From: Balanoglossus misakiensis | Lineage: Eukaryota; Animalia; Hemichordata | Reading direction: 5' to 3' | Length of the DNA stretch: 64,000 nt | Assembly (NCBI GenBank): GCA_040954595.2 | Contig: CM082589.2 | Location: 8,068,232-8,132,231, forward strand | Part shown: positions 27,642-40,300 of the stretch, piece by piece | Position numbering within the stretch: the stretch's first letter is position 1 | Layout of the letters: each line of letters starts with the position of its first letter | Program-made: the position numbers and the translations under genes | The notes under the pieces: model-generated | Database searches by the model: none | What the model was told of the DNA's origin: nothing | The model's input: the letters and a program-made list of their open reading frames with translations, nothing else

Positions 27642-28173
27642 TATATAAATTGTATATGCACGCCTTAGACCACTAAATTTTAGATTAAACATGTCGAAAT
27701 ATTCAAAAAATTATTTATGAATGACTTGAAATCTCCATAAGCTTTTAAGCTAAGCATCGACGTCATAACATATGTTATTACGACTGGATGTCACCTCTTT
27801 ATTGCAGATCTGATACATTTGAGACGCCGAATGTATGATGATGAATAAAGAAAGACAATCTGACATATTTGTGATTGATGTGCATGATGACTTCAATGAT
27901 GTCTCTCGGTCGCTATTATTTTCCAAGTATATTAAAGAAAGCTATCGTCGATTGCCGTCATTCAGAAATCCCATCCGATACTCCACACAACCTTGTAGTC
28001 ATGCATTCCCTATCTCTGAAAGAACAAGTGTAAAACTTACAATAAGTTAGAGGGTCCAGCCAATGACACGGAAGTCTTGAAACGAAATTAATTAGCGAGG
28101 TTCGCGGATACCATCGCTGAAGTAATACTATATTGAATCTGACTTCTGCTAATAGTAAGGCAATCGACAAGAA

Positions 28174-28351
28174 ATGGACAAACGGGCAGAGTTGAAAAGA
28201 TCGGTGGAACGGTTATTTCTATCTGCGGCAGAAAAGGGCGACAAGAAAGCCATCAAGTACGCACTCGAGAATGCCATTGGTTTGGATTACAACTGCGTGG
28301 ATCCTAATGGAAGGACAGCTTTGATCATAGCCGTTGAAAATGCAAATACCG
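28174..28351 (+). CDS. TRPC paralogue 1 coding exon 1 (ankyrin repeats)
   Basis: MDKRAELK...ENANT; donor G|gtaagt, phase 1. Confidence 0.9.
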
Positions 28352-31300
28352 GTAAGTGGAAATTGCTGTATATCTTGTTGGCGATATTCATGTGTCGTCA
28401 TTTCAACTCGTTCGTCGGACGTCCATTTGCTTACCAACTGTGATTCACACACTTATGCCAATTTGCACAGCGTACAAGTGGAGAGACCAAAACGAAATGC
28501 TCTCTGCAATTGTACTTGTAACTTGAAAATATACAATTACTAAAAGCTATGTTTTGCACTATACTTTAAGCATAACGGTTTGTTTGCGGTCTTACAGCGA
28601 TAATATTCACAATAATTTTTACTGTATTCTCTAAATGAAGAAGTAAAAGCTATGCCAATAGGGTTATTATTTGACTTTGGTATAGTTATCAATTATCGAA
28701 GATTCCAGCACAGTCATTGCATGAATAAACCAAGGCACATATTTCATGCACGCAATAGCAATACTGATTATAAAAATATGACAAATCAAGCCCAGTCTGA
28801 CGCTAAAATTCTACAACATTACCGAGGGCCCGGGGCCATTCAACTTTGTTTTCCCTACACGTATTTTGACCGGGTCATTCCTTTTATTGAGCAGTTGCAA
28901 CTGCATGACTCCATCTTACGTGATTAAAACGGATGGGTTAAAGTTTACATGGCAGACTAGCGTGGGTTTAACTTGATCACATACGTCATGCGATTTCTTC
29001 TCAAGTCAACACATTTGAGTTTGGACATGTAGTCCTGTAGTGTGTTTCAAGTAGCCATGAAATCTATAAGCCATCATACACAGTTAAGTATCCTTGCATT
29101 TCATCTAGATAAGTCGGTTAAAATACTTCGTGAATTCAAAAACTGTATCCAAGTTTCAACATTATTTCCGCGCGCGCATGACTGACACATTCTTTCGCCA
29201 AGCTCATGCCCGCTAGGCACTTAAACTTTACGGGGCCGATCTGTTTTCCCTGACCATTTAATGCAATACACGCTAAGGTGATTTTAAGTTATTATAGGAG
29301 TGCGTAGGCCAGAGGAATTAAACGGTGACCCCCTGCAACGCATTGCTAAAATGTGACCCCCTAGCCCTTGTTTGTAAAGTGGACCCTCCCAATTGGTCGC
29401 TGGTAAATGTTCGATCAAAATGTCTCCAAACCTACAAACTATATTTAGGTATTTTGACCCACGTCTAGAATACGAAGACAATTGTTTCGGGTAATAGCTT
29501 AGGATCAATATATGTCTGTGGAAAATGAATTATTCTTGGCTGCGTCTCACTGTATTGGCATGCACTGACTTTGTTTTAATCTTCAACCATTTCCAATTTT
29601 AAAATGTTGCCCTCTCTCTAGGATATGTTTGTAAGCGCAAACAGCCCACCCCGTCGTAATAATTGAAAGCTCCCTGATAAAGCAGTTCGGTCATGTGACA
29701 AATGTTGCTGAGTAAATCATGCACGCTTCCGCTTTTGCCTCGGAGATTAGCCTCAGAAGCAGAACAAGGGGGGCAGCGCGTATTGTTGTCATGGTTATGC
29801 GTCTCTGTTATAGTAGGGCGATATATCGATATAGAGAAAGAGTCAGTAATTGATACAGAACATGGATAGACATTCATTACTGGTAGTTGATACAAGAACT
29901 CAATAGAAACATATTTAAAGTCATCTCAACGCAGATGTTTATGCCACAGTTCGTTTGCCTTTTGTCAAGATAAAGGCATTTCCAAATTTAATTGAGTAGT
30001 TTCCTTTGTCAAGATAAGTTAATGTACAGGTGTTTCTCAGCACACATGGTGGCTACATCGCATTGGCAATTTCCTGAGCATGTCACCTCCATTGATTTTA
30101 CAAAGGTAGAGATTTATGACAGTGCACATGGCTATTATGGAGGTGCCGCTGATCGATTTGACAGTATTTTATGAGAGAGCAATTGAATGTAGTCTATCAG
30201 CTGGATTACCCCTTTCTGTCCTCGAAGCCTTCTCCTTTGTTAGATTAAAGACTTCTTCGAACTAGCCAGCTTTAATTAATTGAAGGTATTATTAATTTTT
30301 ACTGTTTGATATCACTACTGACCCAAAACAGTCGTCAAACAAGAACTCTCGGTGTCACTTCTATTGCACTAAACGACGTTGGAAAATGACATGTCATTCT
30401 AATCAGATTGAGAGAAATTAAGTGAATAACACAGAAATGCGATAGCTTGACTCATATTAGTTCAAGTTAATAATTTTTATTTGCGGAAAACCTGTCCGGT
30501 TGTGATAATTAGGATTAAGATAAGCCCGGATAATGATTTATATACTTCCGTTCAAATTACGCGATTATTGGATTATTTTCTGGGTGTCCATAAATTTGCC
30601 CTAACCTTGACGTAAAAGGAGACACTAGTTGGCCGATCTGTATTTCAAGACAGTGGGTTAACAAAACACGTTTATGGAATCGATTGTGTACTTTTATGAT
30701 AATGAATTAGTAAGAATATGTTTGGTGTACAAATCACTGGTCATCAAAAATATATACTAGTAACATCTTTGAGTCTTAGAAATAGACAAATGTTATCCTT
30801 GGGATATTAAAAATATGAAAGAAATTAAGAGGAATAAATATAATATGGGTTTAATTATATATTAAATAAACCAAAATTGTGTACTAGAAGTAGAATTCCA
30901 TGTGTCAGTCATGACGTATTACTCGTCCGTTTCCTTGTGATAACGTGAGAATCTCCGAGATGACTCACCAAACTCGTATTTGTACACAGGATGCATGACT
31001 CTATTCACTCATGCTCTTCAGCACTTTCATTGTTTTTTAATGGTTCCGATGAAACTCCTCTTTGCGTTAAAAGCCAAGCGCTTTGAATTCTTTACTGGCA
31101 TTCCTGTGCTGATGTTTGGCTAATTCGTTTGAAAATAGGCATGCACCACTAAAGTAAGAACGAGATAATTCACATAGCGTACATTTATCATATAAGTTAT
31201 TCGTGATAGCTTTCTAAGCGTTTAACGTTAAGTTACTTAAACTATATGCCTATTCTTGAATGACAGCTTACTCAATGAGCTCTATATTTCTAGTTACCCT

Positions 31301-34300
31301 TATTAACATTTTCCACCTGTGTGGTGCGCATAGCCAGATTTGTCGCTGTATTGGAATGAAATGTGAATAACTCAAATCAAGGAAAACTGAATAGCTGTAT
31401 GATGAAAACTCGACATGCATGTTTTCGTTTCAGTTATTCAAAGGTTTTGCAATTTCCTGAAAAATAAAATGTAGCGATAGTGATAAAAAATAAAGAACTG
31501 CCATTTATAGTTCACGTCACTCAGGTGGTAATCTTAAGTCAAATAGATACCGTTCAAGAAAAATATCTCCTTTTCTTTGTAAGTCCGAGTGCCCTGACTG
31601 TAGTCCTCACTTGTCCATTAATTAAAGAAGAACTTTTCTTTTTCAGACGTTATCGAGATATTATTGGAACATGACGTTGAACTCGGCGATGCGTTACTTA
31701 GAGCTGTTGATAAGCAGATTAAAGGACCTGTACAGTTGTTATGCGAACATATCAAAAAGAAAAATAAATTGGTGAGTTTTGCTTAGTTGCTTCGTTTAGA
31801 TCAAATATAATAAACATTCAACAGTGAAATGTCCGGTTCGTCCCGAAAATGAAATAAATTCCCAATGGCAGATTTGCTAAATCTGCAAGTTGGGGTAGCA
31901 GCTACACAGATATTTTCATATTATGACCACGTTCATACCTGTATGGTAATTGGCAAAAGTTGAAAGTATATTCTTGCAAAGAGAGATGTGTTTGATTGAC
32001 CAAAATGAAACACAGTTATTCAGACTTAATTTAAACATTGACACTGATAGAAAATGGCTTCGTCGGAAGGTTTTACAGATGACTAAAGAAACGGTGATGC
32101 AAAAGGAGCAAATTTTATTTGACAGACTCACCACTCTGCAATTGACGATTTCTTCTAGTTGCTGAGTGTGAATAAAAACAATGGCCGTTTTGAAAGTGAC
32201 GTTATATTAGTTAAAATACTACAACATTTCTCAATTAATATGATCGATGTAATGACACGATGTGTGTTTTGGGGACATGGATAGGTAATGATCGAAATAT
32301 TGTTAATGATCAATTTTAGACTCTCTTTCCATCTAGGTATTTTGACACACGCAGCCTTTTGACCTTCCCAACTAAAATATAGCTGCATTGTGCATACACC
32401 AGTAACTATGACCTGAAACTGCACGATATGAATTGCAATGATTTTATTTCCCCTCTCATCTTTCAGGATCATCTCTACTGCCATTCCTTGAGCGGAGATT
32501 TTCATCCAGATTTGACACCGCTTATTCTAGCAGCTCATCACAACAACTATGATTTAATACAGATGTTATTAGACTGTGGTGCTACAATCGAGGATCCAGA
32601 GACTTATAGCTTCACTACAAAGAAGTTCACTCTACAACACTCGATGGCTACTATTAATATCTACAGAGCATTTGCAAGCCAGTCCTACATGTCTCTCACC
32701 TGTAAAGACCCAATAACCGAAGCATTCCAATTAAGTTCCAAGTTGACAGAACTCAGCGAGAGGGACTATGAGTTTCGCTCTCAGTACATCGAGCTTGCCA
32801 CTAAGTGTGAGGAGTATGCGGCCGATCTGTTGGGATGTATACGTGACACGAAAGAACAGGTTCTCGTGTTGAGTAATGAAAGCGAAAAGTCATCAAGTAA
32901 GGAAAGAAACAGTTTGGAATTACCAGTAGTTGAACAAGCTGTTAAACATAAACAGAAAAGGGTGAGTTGAATTTCTCTTTTTATGAAGGGTCACGGGGAG
33001 CCAATCTTAGGTGACTAATGCTATTCTGTAGGTATGTTGATTTGTTATGTCCTACACACATGCTACTATATATAAATGATTACTAGAAATCTCCTGCATA
33101 TTACTTCAAGACTAAAGGGTGAGGGGGATGATTTCCTATAATAATCCCACCAGAGGTTCATGACCGATCTGCGGTGTCACTTGTAGTTCTTGAGGAGTAA
33201 GTTTTCTATAGTGGTTCGAAAGATTGTCTGGAGCAACATGTCAATATTTTCAGATAACCATAGAATATGACTCCAATTCCAATTAACAAAAACTTCTATT
33301 TCCTATAATGGTAGAAAGGAATGTTTTCCCCCCGGAAGTTTCGCAATTACGAATTCAGACACCCAATACAAACACAAATGGCAGACGACTGGTATACATC
33401 ACCGATGCAACATAGATGATGCGAAAGTTGTGATGGTCATAATTTGGCCTAACATTAACAAGTCTGATACGTAAAGATATTTAATGTGTACGAAACGACT
33501 GCTGGGCTCACATGTGGTTGTATTTGCCTATAAGGTGACAAATTGTTGGCCAATACATGATTTATACAGTATGGATGGTGTTCGCTTCGTTATGTGAGTT
33601 AGTTTTTGCAATATCCGAAGATGAGTACTGATCACTATCACTATATTCGTATGTTATTTTTTTGCTGCTTTCAGTTCGTTTCATATCAACACTATAGACA
33701 TAGACAACAATAATGAAACAGCTGGACAAACGTTGAAAAAACTAGGGAGTGTGTGGGCTTCAATAGCGTGTTAGCATGTACCTGCAGCTGTGAATTAGAG
33801 ACCACATATATAACATTTTCAGATCCATGACATTTTGCTTTGCGACAGTTTGAAATGGTCAAACTTCATGTCTTTTTCACGCTGCCACATTTAATAGTCA
33901 AATTGAATTTATCCTGGCTGTACCAGCATGGTTTAACTCAAGGGGGTCTACGTGATCAGAAGCAACGTTCTGATTGGATAACGCTATACACTTCTCCAAA
34001 ACAAAACATTTGTTTTCTGTTTGAACATTAAGCGACTATTTGACAAGCCCCTTAAACATAATTTTCTTTTGTGAAACCGAACAAAAAAGTATAGGAAACA
34101 TATAATCGGCCGGGTGTATGGTAGAAAACGAACTGACAGATTTTGTCTCCTACATTGAGGCGGAGGGAGACATTCCAAATACTCCCAACGTCAGTAAAAG
34201 CGATCCCGACACGATTACCAGTAGATTAGCAAGGTCAACATTGCGTGTTGATATTACAGTTCATTATAGAGCAGAATTACATAAATCACGTCACCTAGTA

Positions 34301-37300
34301 TTCTCTAATGCTTCCGACTCAAACGTCATCGTTCGTATTGGGCCCTCCGTTTAAACACAACACCATACAGAAGCTATTTTGATCATTAAGCTAACAGGAC
34401 CCCGTGAAGTTAGGATAAACAACTCACCGCATCAAATAACTCCATGCAATATGTGTTTCAAATCTCTGATAAATATAACAACGTCTTGCGTACACATGTT
34501 ACGAAGGGCTGTCTTGATAGACCACTTGTGGGTCCGATTACCTCAATCGTAAAATAGTTTTCTCGTAAAGAACTCCCGACACATGCTAAGACACCGGGTC
34601 TCTTAATGGGTCTCGTGAATTCTTTCATTAAGCACGACTACATAATTTTAAGACAAGAAAGGCACCAAAAATCACATTTAATTCTGAAACAAGCAGTACT
34701 ATTAAATGAGAGATAAACTAAAGTTTGTGGGGTAGATAACCCATGTTTCTCAGATTTCTGTATTATTATGAGATGTGGGTTTCGTTGATCGACTGCTACA
34801 CACATGGGTAATGTTTTGACATTTCTGTGTCAGCAAATTTCTGGAATCTACAAAATGGCGTCTCTTTCCTACTTTTCCCGAACTGAGTATCAACATATGC
34901 TTATGAATTGTTAATATGAAAGACCTTTCTGGGTCAATGACCAAAGCACGTTGACATGTACGATCATATAGGATATAAGTTTATACACATGTTTGTATAA
35001 CAGCTGAATGTAAGTAAACTGGATAGATATCAGGGTAGGCTGTCCCTGCGAGACTGCTGAAGCCAGATTAGTTATAGTACTTACAACCCACTGTGTCACA
35101 CGTGTGCATTTAGGAAGTGCAAATCAGTATTTGCCGTTAGAAACAGCACGCTCCTCAACGCTAATATAGTTCCCCAATTCACATTGGGTCGAGTGGAGAA
35201 CCGAGCATGGTTGTTTTCGTGGTTTCAGACCTTTGGTGTGGACTGTTATACATTCTGGTTGTGGAATTATACAGTGTTCTATTCCAGACCCACGCGTCAC
35301 TTTGGCGAACAGACCACACTGTATCCGACGCGTCCACAACACACCAAAATTATACAACGAAGATTTTCACAGGGGTGCAGAGACCGCTTTTCTTTAAAAT
35401 CCTTAGAAATCGATGTAATTTACATGTTACTTAGGTTTCATTTGCTCACCTCTGAATCTAATAATGTACGCAATTCGTCACTTCATCGATCGTTCAAGAT
35501 AGTTAGTAGTTAGAAATATCGTATTTATGGCACAATTGAGGTTGACAGGCTGGTTGTACTAATTTCAAAACACCTGACTTAGTTTTTATGTCCTTTTGGC
35601 CGAAGGTCCATATATCTTTCTTTCATAAGCTTTATTCGTTGTGCATTGTTGGTTCAACTTTTCTTTATTTATCTGGAACTACTAAAAACAAGCAGTTGCA
35701 TAAACACTATATAGATTGTTTGTGGTAAGCTTTGTACTTTGCTGTCTCAGCGTCAGATATATGACCTGAAAGGCCAAAGGTACGTAGACACTTTCGTCAT
35801 TCGCCAACCTCTGCGGAAATCACGTGACATCTACACATTCATAAATATAAGCAGACAAAAGTACACCGTAAATTTCCAAAATTCATCCAAAAACTTCATC
35901 ATCGGCCAAATGTGAAGCAGTTACAAAAATGATATCCACAAAACGGCAAACAGACGTAATATCCAGCACCAGTATGGAAGCTAACCAGAATTGCTACTCT
36001 TCAGCCGATCATATTTCGCAAGTCTATGAATAAAATATTTCCGTGGATCATTTTACGTAATTTATGGGGTTCATTAACATTATGAGGGTCAAAGTTCATG
36101 TCATTTGCCCTCCGTGGCTCTGCTGCGTGAGAAAATATCTCAGATCGTGAGGTCGTTTTCGTTAGTTTCTAAAACATTACAAATCTGTTATTTAGAAGAT
36201 TCGAGAAAAGAAGTTAAAGTGTTCTTAAAACTAGTCACTTGGTATATACAGGGACGTCTGGTGACAAAATGACAGAAATGTTGCTATGTCACAACACACC
36301 ATGGTTAGAATAATATTCATGAAAATGTGTACAATTTATGGCGCTTATCTTCGCTTTCGAGAAAAAAAACTTCAAATTTTAACTTTTATTAAATTATTCT
36401 TTCAAAACAATCACGTGTTTGAATACAGTATTTCAAACTCGACCTTTGGTGTTCGTCTAAATAGAAAGACTGGTATGTCTTTTAAGATTTCATATAATCA
36501 AAGCTGGTATTGTAGGCCGGGAAACTAAACAAGTAGAATGTATTCCGACTCATTGAGAATATTGCCTTAGAAGCCTGCAAAGCTATAATCGAAACGATTT
36601 GAGCCGTGTGAAGGAAATATGCTTCTTAACTATTTCATAGTTCCTACATAGTGGGCGAAATTACCTTTGGAAGTGCGAGATTCAAGATTCTAGAAATTTA
36701 CAACATTTCGCTGGCATTAAGTATAGCATAACAGCCAAAATCATATGATAACTATCTTGCATATAAATTAAACATCAACTCGGGTCTTTTAAGCATTACC
36801 ATTCAACTTGAGGTAATCTAATTACCATTCATGACAAACTAATTAGCAGGTGCAAAATAAATATGACTAGATGTGAACTGCATATCCACACATCCTTGAA
36901 GTGTAATATAATGTACAGATAAGTACCATTTTGTTGACTCACATTCTGGTTGACATGTTTCAAGTTAAACTCTTTTGAATAACGTAATACCGCAAATGAG
37001 ATCATCGACAAACATCGTATTTCCGGTCTGGAGTAAAGAAGCCCCGATCAAAGTAGCATAAACCTGCAGTGCCACCTTCACTATGCCAACTTGAAAAGAA
37101 TTAACATTCAATGCAAATCTGTTTGTACAATAGATCTTGCTCCGATCAATAGCTGTAGTAGGCGTTCATCGAATTTGTTTGGTAAAAATTGATTCGTATC
37201 GCCATTTGCAAATGTTCCTTAAATATAAACATTCCCAGTTATAAAAAGGTAGTGCAAAGTGTGTATTGAACCAGAGTAATATGAAAACAGTATCCCCAAC

Positions 37301-40300
37301 ATGCTTCAGTAACTTTAGAGAATTCAAAAGGGCCTACCGTATTACTATTGTACGAATTTGTTAAATATGTAAACTGACAGTAACTAAACTAAACATATTT
37401 GTGAACAAACGTTCGGTCAGACAGGCATACAGGCAGACAGACAGACAGACAGATACATAGATATTGTAATTGATGAACGTAGTATAAATGGTAGATGCTG
37501 AGATTATGATTATTTTCTGTGTGTTGACAAACTGAATCAATGGGTAAAAACATGTCCACTTCTTACAGATCTCACCAGGAAAAGTTTGACAAAAGTATTT
37601 TTTGATTTTCTTGCAGTTTATTGCACATCCACATTGTCAACAAATTCTGATACGAAGGTGGTACCATGGTCTCGGCCACTGGAGAAAGTTGAGTTTCACC
37701 AAGGCAATGATGATGACGTTTGTATTTGCTATAAGTTACCCAATCTACTCGTTGTGTTACATCGTTGCACAAGACTCGAAACCAACCCGGATACTGAAAT
37801 CACCCTTTGTGAAATTCACTATGCAAACAGCATCATCCCTGGCGTTTTTGACTTTACTTATTCTGCAAACGCTGAGTATCAACGATAGACCAAGCACTGC
37901 TGGGCAGCTCCGGTTGATGGCTGATTATGGAGGAAAGGAGGGGCCCTTTTCAGTGACGGAATGGCTGATAATTATTTGGATTATCGGTGAGTAAACTAAT
38001 TACGGAATGCATAAAACATTTGTCGCTTCTACAGAAAGTTGAATTTAGATTGTCCGTGTGTTAATAACATAAAATCGGATAGTATGTCTGTCATTTAATA
38101 GACCACTTCGCGGATAGGGTATCTGCAATGCATGATGTTATAATTTGCGTTCAACATAGCGTCTAGTACATGGCTAACGCACGCGCTCAGAACGCAAACT
38201 TTCCCACAAACCCCAGCGTTATTCTATCCGCGAATGACAACCACGTTTACGTTTAAAATGTTAAATCTATGTTGATGTTCCCTGTATTTCTGTAATGGGT
38301 GACCGATTCTGCGATATGCTGAATTTGGAAAAATATATATTCCATATACAAATTTGAATTCATCATTATTGACAAAGCTTATAGAACCAGTTACATAATA
38401 TTGAAACGCTTGTTTCTAGTTTTGTTAAAACCATCGACGTGGTTGGCTTCAATTATATGACAGTCTTACAATCAAAACGCGTGGTGTCATTTTTTTGAAC
38501 AGGTATGACATGGGATGAATGGATCTGTGCATTTACCAAAGGATTAAACGCTTTTAAAGATGACTTAAAATCGAAGACCTTCGATTATTCTACTATCATT
38601 TTATACTGGATCTGGGTAGTGTCGCGTTTCATCGTCTACTTTCAGGTGAGGACATACATCAGCATTTCACGACGCATCGTCATCCACGAAAATAAACACA
38701 GTTAGAAATACTTTGCCACATTTGTTGAATAGAGGTTAACTGCATCTGGCCACAGTCTCCCAATTTATGCATTGATTTGTACCAAACAGAAGATTTCAGA
38801 TTTCACGCCTCCCACCTCATTAGTCCGCCTACATGTATGTTTACATTTCGCCAACACGGCGTTAATTAAAACAGAGAAGATGACTATATTCAAATTAAAT
38901 TTAAATTAAAAACTGGTTTTATTTTCATTTATCATACACCCATACACCATACATATTGCGCTTGTTTCCAATTTTAAAAATTGTGTTAGTCAACAACATA
39001 AAACGAATCCTAATGGTCTGATGTAATAAAACTATAACAGAGAATGTCCACAATCTGCCATTCAGGTGATTCTACGCATTTGTATCTGTACGTCATTTAC
39101 TTTGTTGGAGAAAATATCGTAAAACAGGAATAAGTTAAATTGGTTAAATTGCTCGAGTTTTCTTTATCTCCAACTCTTTTGATGTTTTTCATCTATTTCG
39201 CCAAATTGTCGGAGTATCTACTTGCACCAATGACTTCTTTGTGTCACAGCAATTAAACTTTTTCATGGAAACTGTAACATGACAATGTGGTTTACATTAC
39301 TACGTTTTTTTCTTCAAATGTAGTTTACCATTTCCGTTGTTCCGTCTTTGTCTGTCGGCATCCGTCATGCAATCGCTCTTTGCAAATAAAATAACATTTT
39401 CAAAACAACCTGCTCAGCATAATTGGGCTTTTCTTAATCAGCAGCTTTCTCAAAATCTTTCATTCTAAAGAAAATGTCCTTTTGAAATGTGTTTGTTACG
39501 TGAATTAAATCTGATTTAATCAATTCTTTGAATAAGGACGCTTCGCTTCTATTTTATATTCATTACTTTGAAGGGTTTAGGTGTCTGTGCTAATGCCAAA
39601 TCTCCCCCATTCTAGTGACGTGTAACAATCACTGGTGATACTTACACAAAACGTCACGTGATATTCACGTTAAACTTCATCATTTCTAGCGCTGATTTCC
39701 GGAACTATATTCATTCAAATCTTCTTCCGCGATTCCATTGTCAACGTCGAAAGGATTTTGGGATTTGATAACCACGTACATGTGTGATAAATGACTCAAA
39801 ATAATGTTACTATAGTATGTGATTGAAAGATGTAAACACGATTCTCATGAAACATAAAGCTGTAACATTGCACGTAACGCGACCGGCAATCCGATCCGGG
39901 GAGCGAAAAATTCAAGGCGTAGGTGCTACGCAGAACCGGTCACGTTTATTCTCAGGACAGCGGTTACCCGGTCTCGATAATCCGAGACAAGTACTTCTGG
40001 AAATGTCTCAAGCGAAAAGAGATGAACTTAAAACATGGTCGGGAGACATAACATCAAGTCGGAAACCAAATTTAGACGTACTGTATCGCGCTTTATAAGT
40101 TGCCTATCGTATATTGAAATATGTCGTTGAAGGTGCGTATATCTTCATCAAATTTCCGTAAAACTCGATATGTGTACCATCTGGACATAATGATTTATTT
40201 TTCATTTCCAAGTTGCGCGCGTTATTTAAACTACCCCTAATAAGTATATTAAAAGACACCACTTCTGGTCTCGCAATTTATAATGCATATAGATTGATAT

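Noticed and set aside
35165-35345. Weak resemblance to a minus-strand tRNA-derived SINE
   Set aside because: The A/B boxes are too degenerate and there is no second copy in the window.
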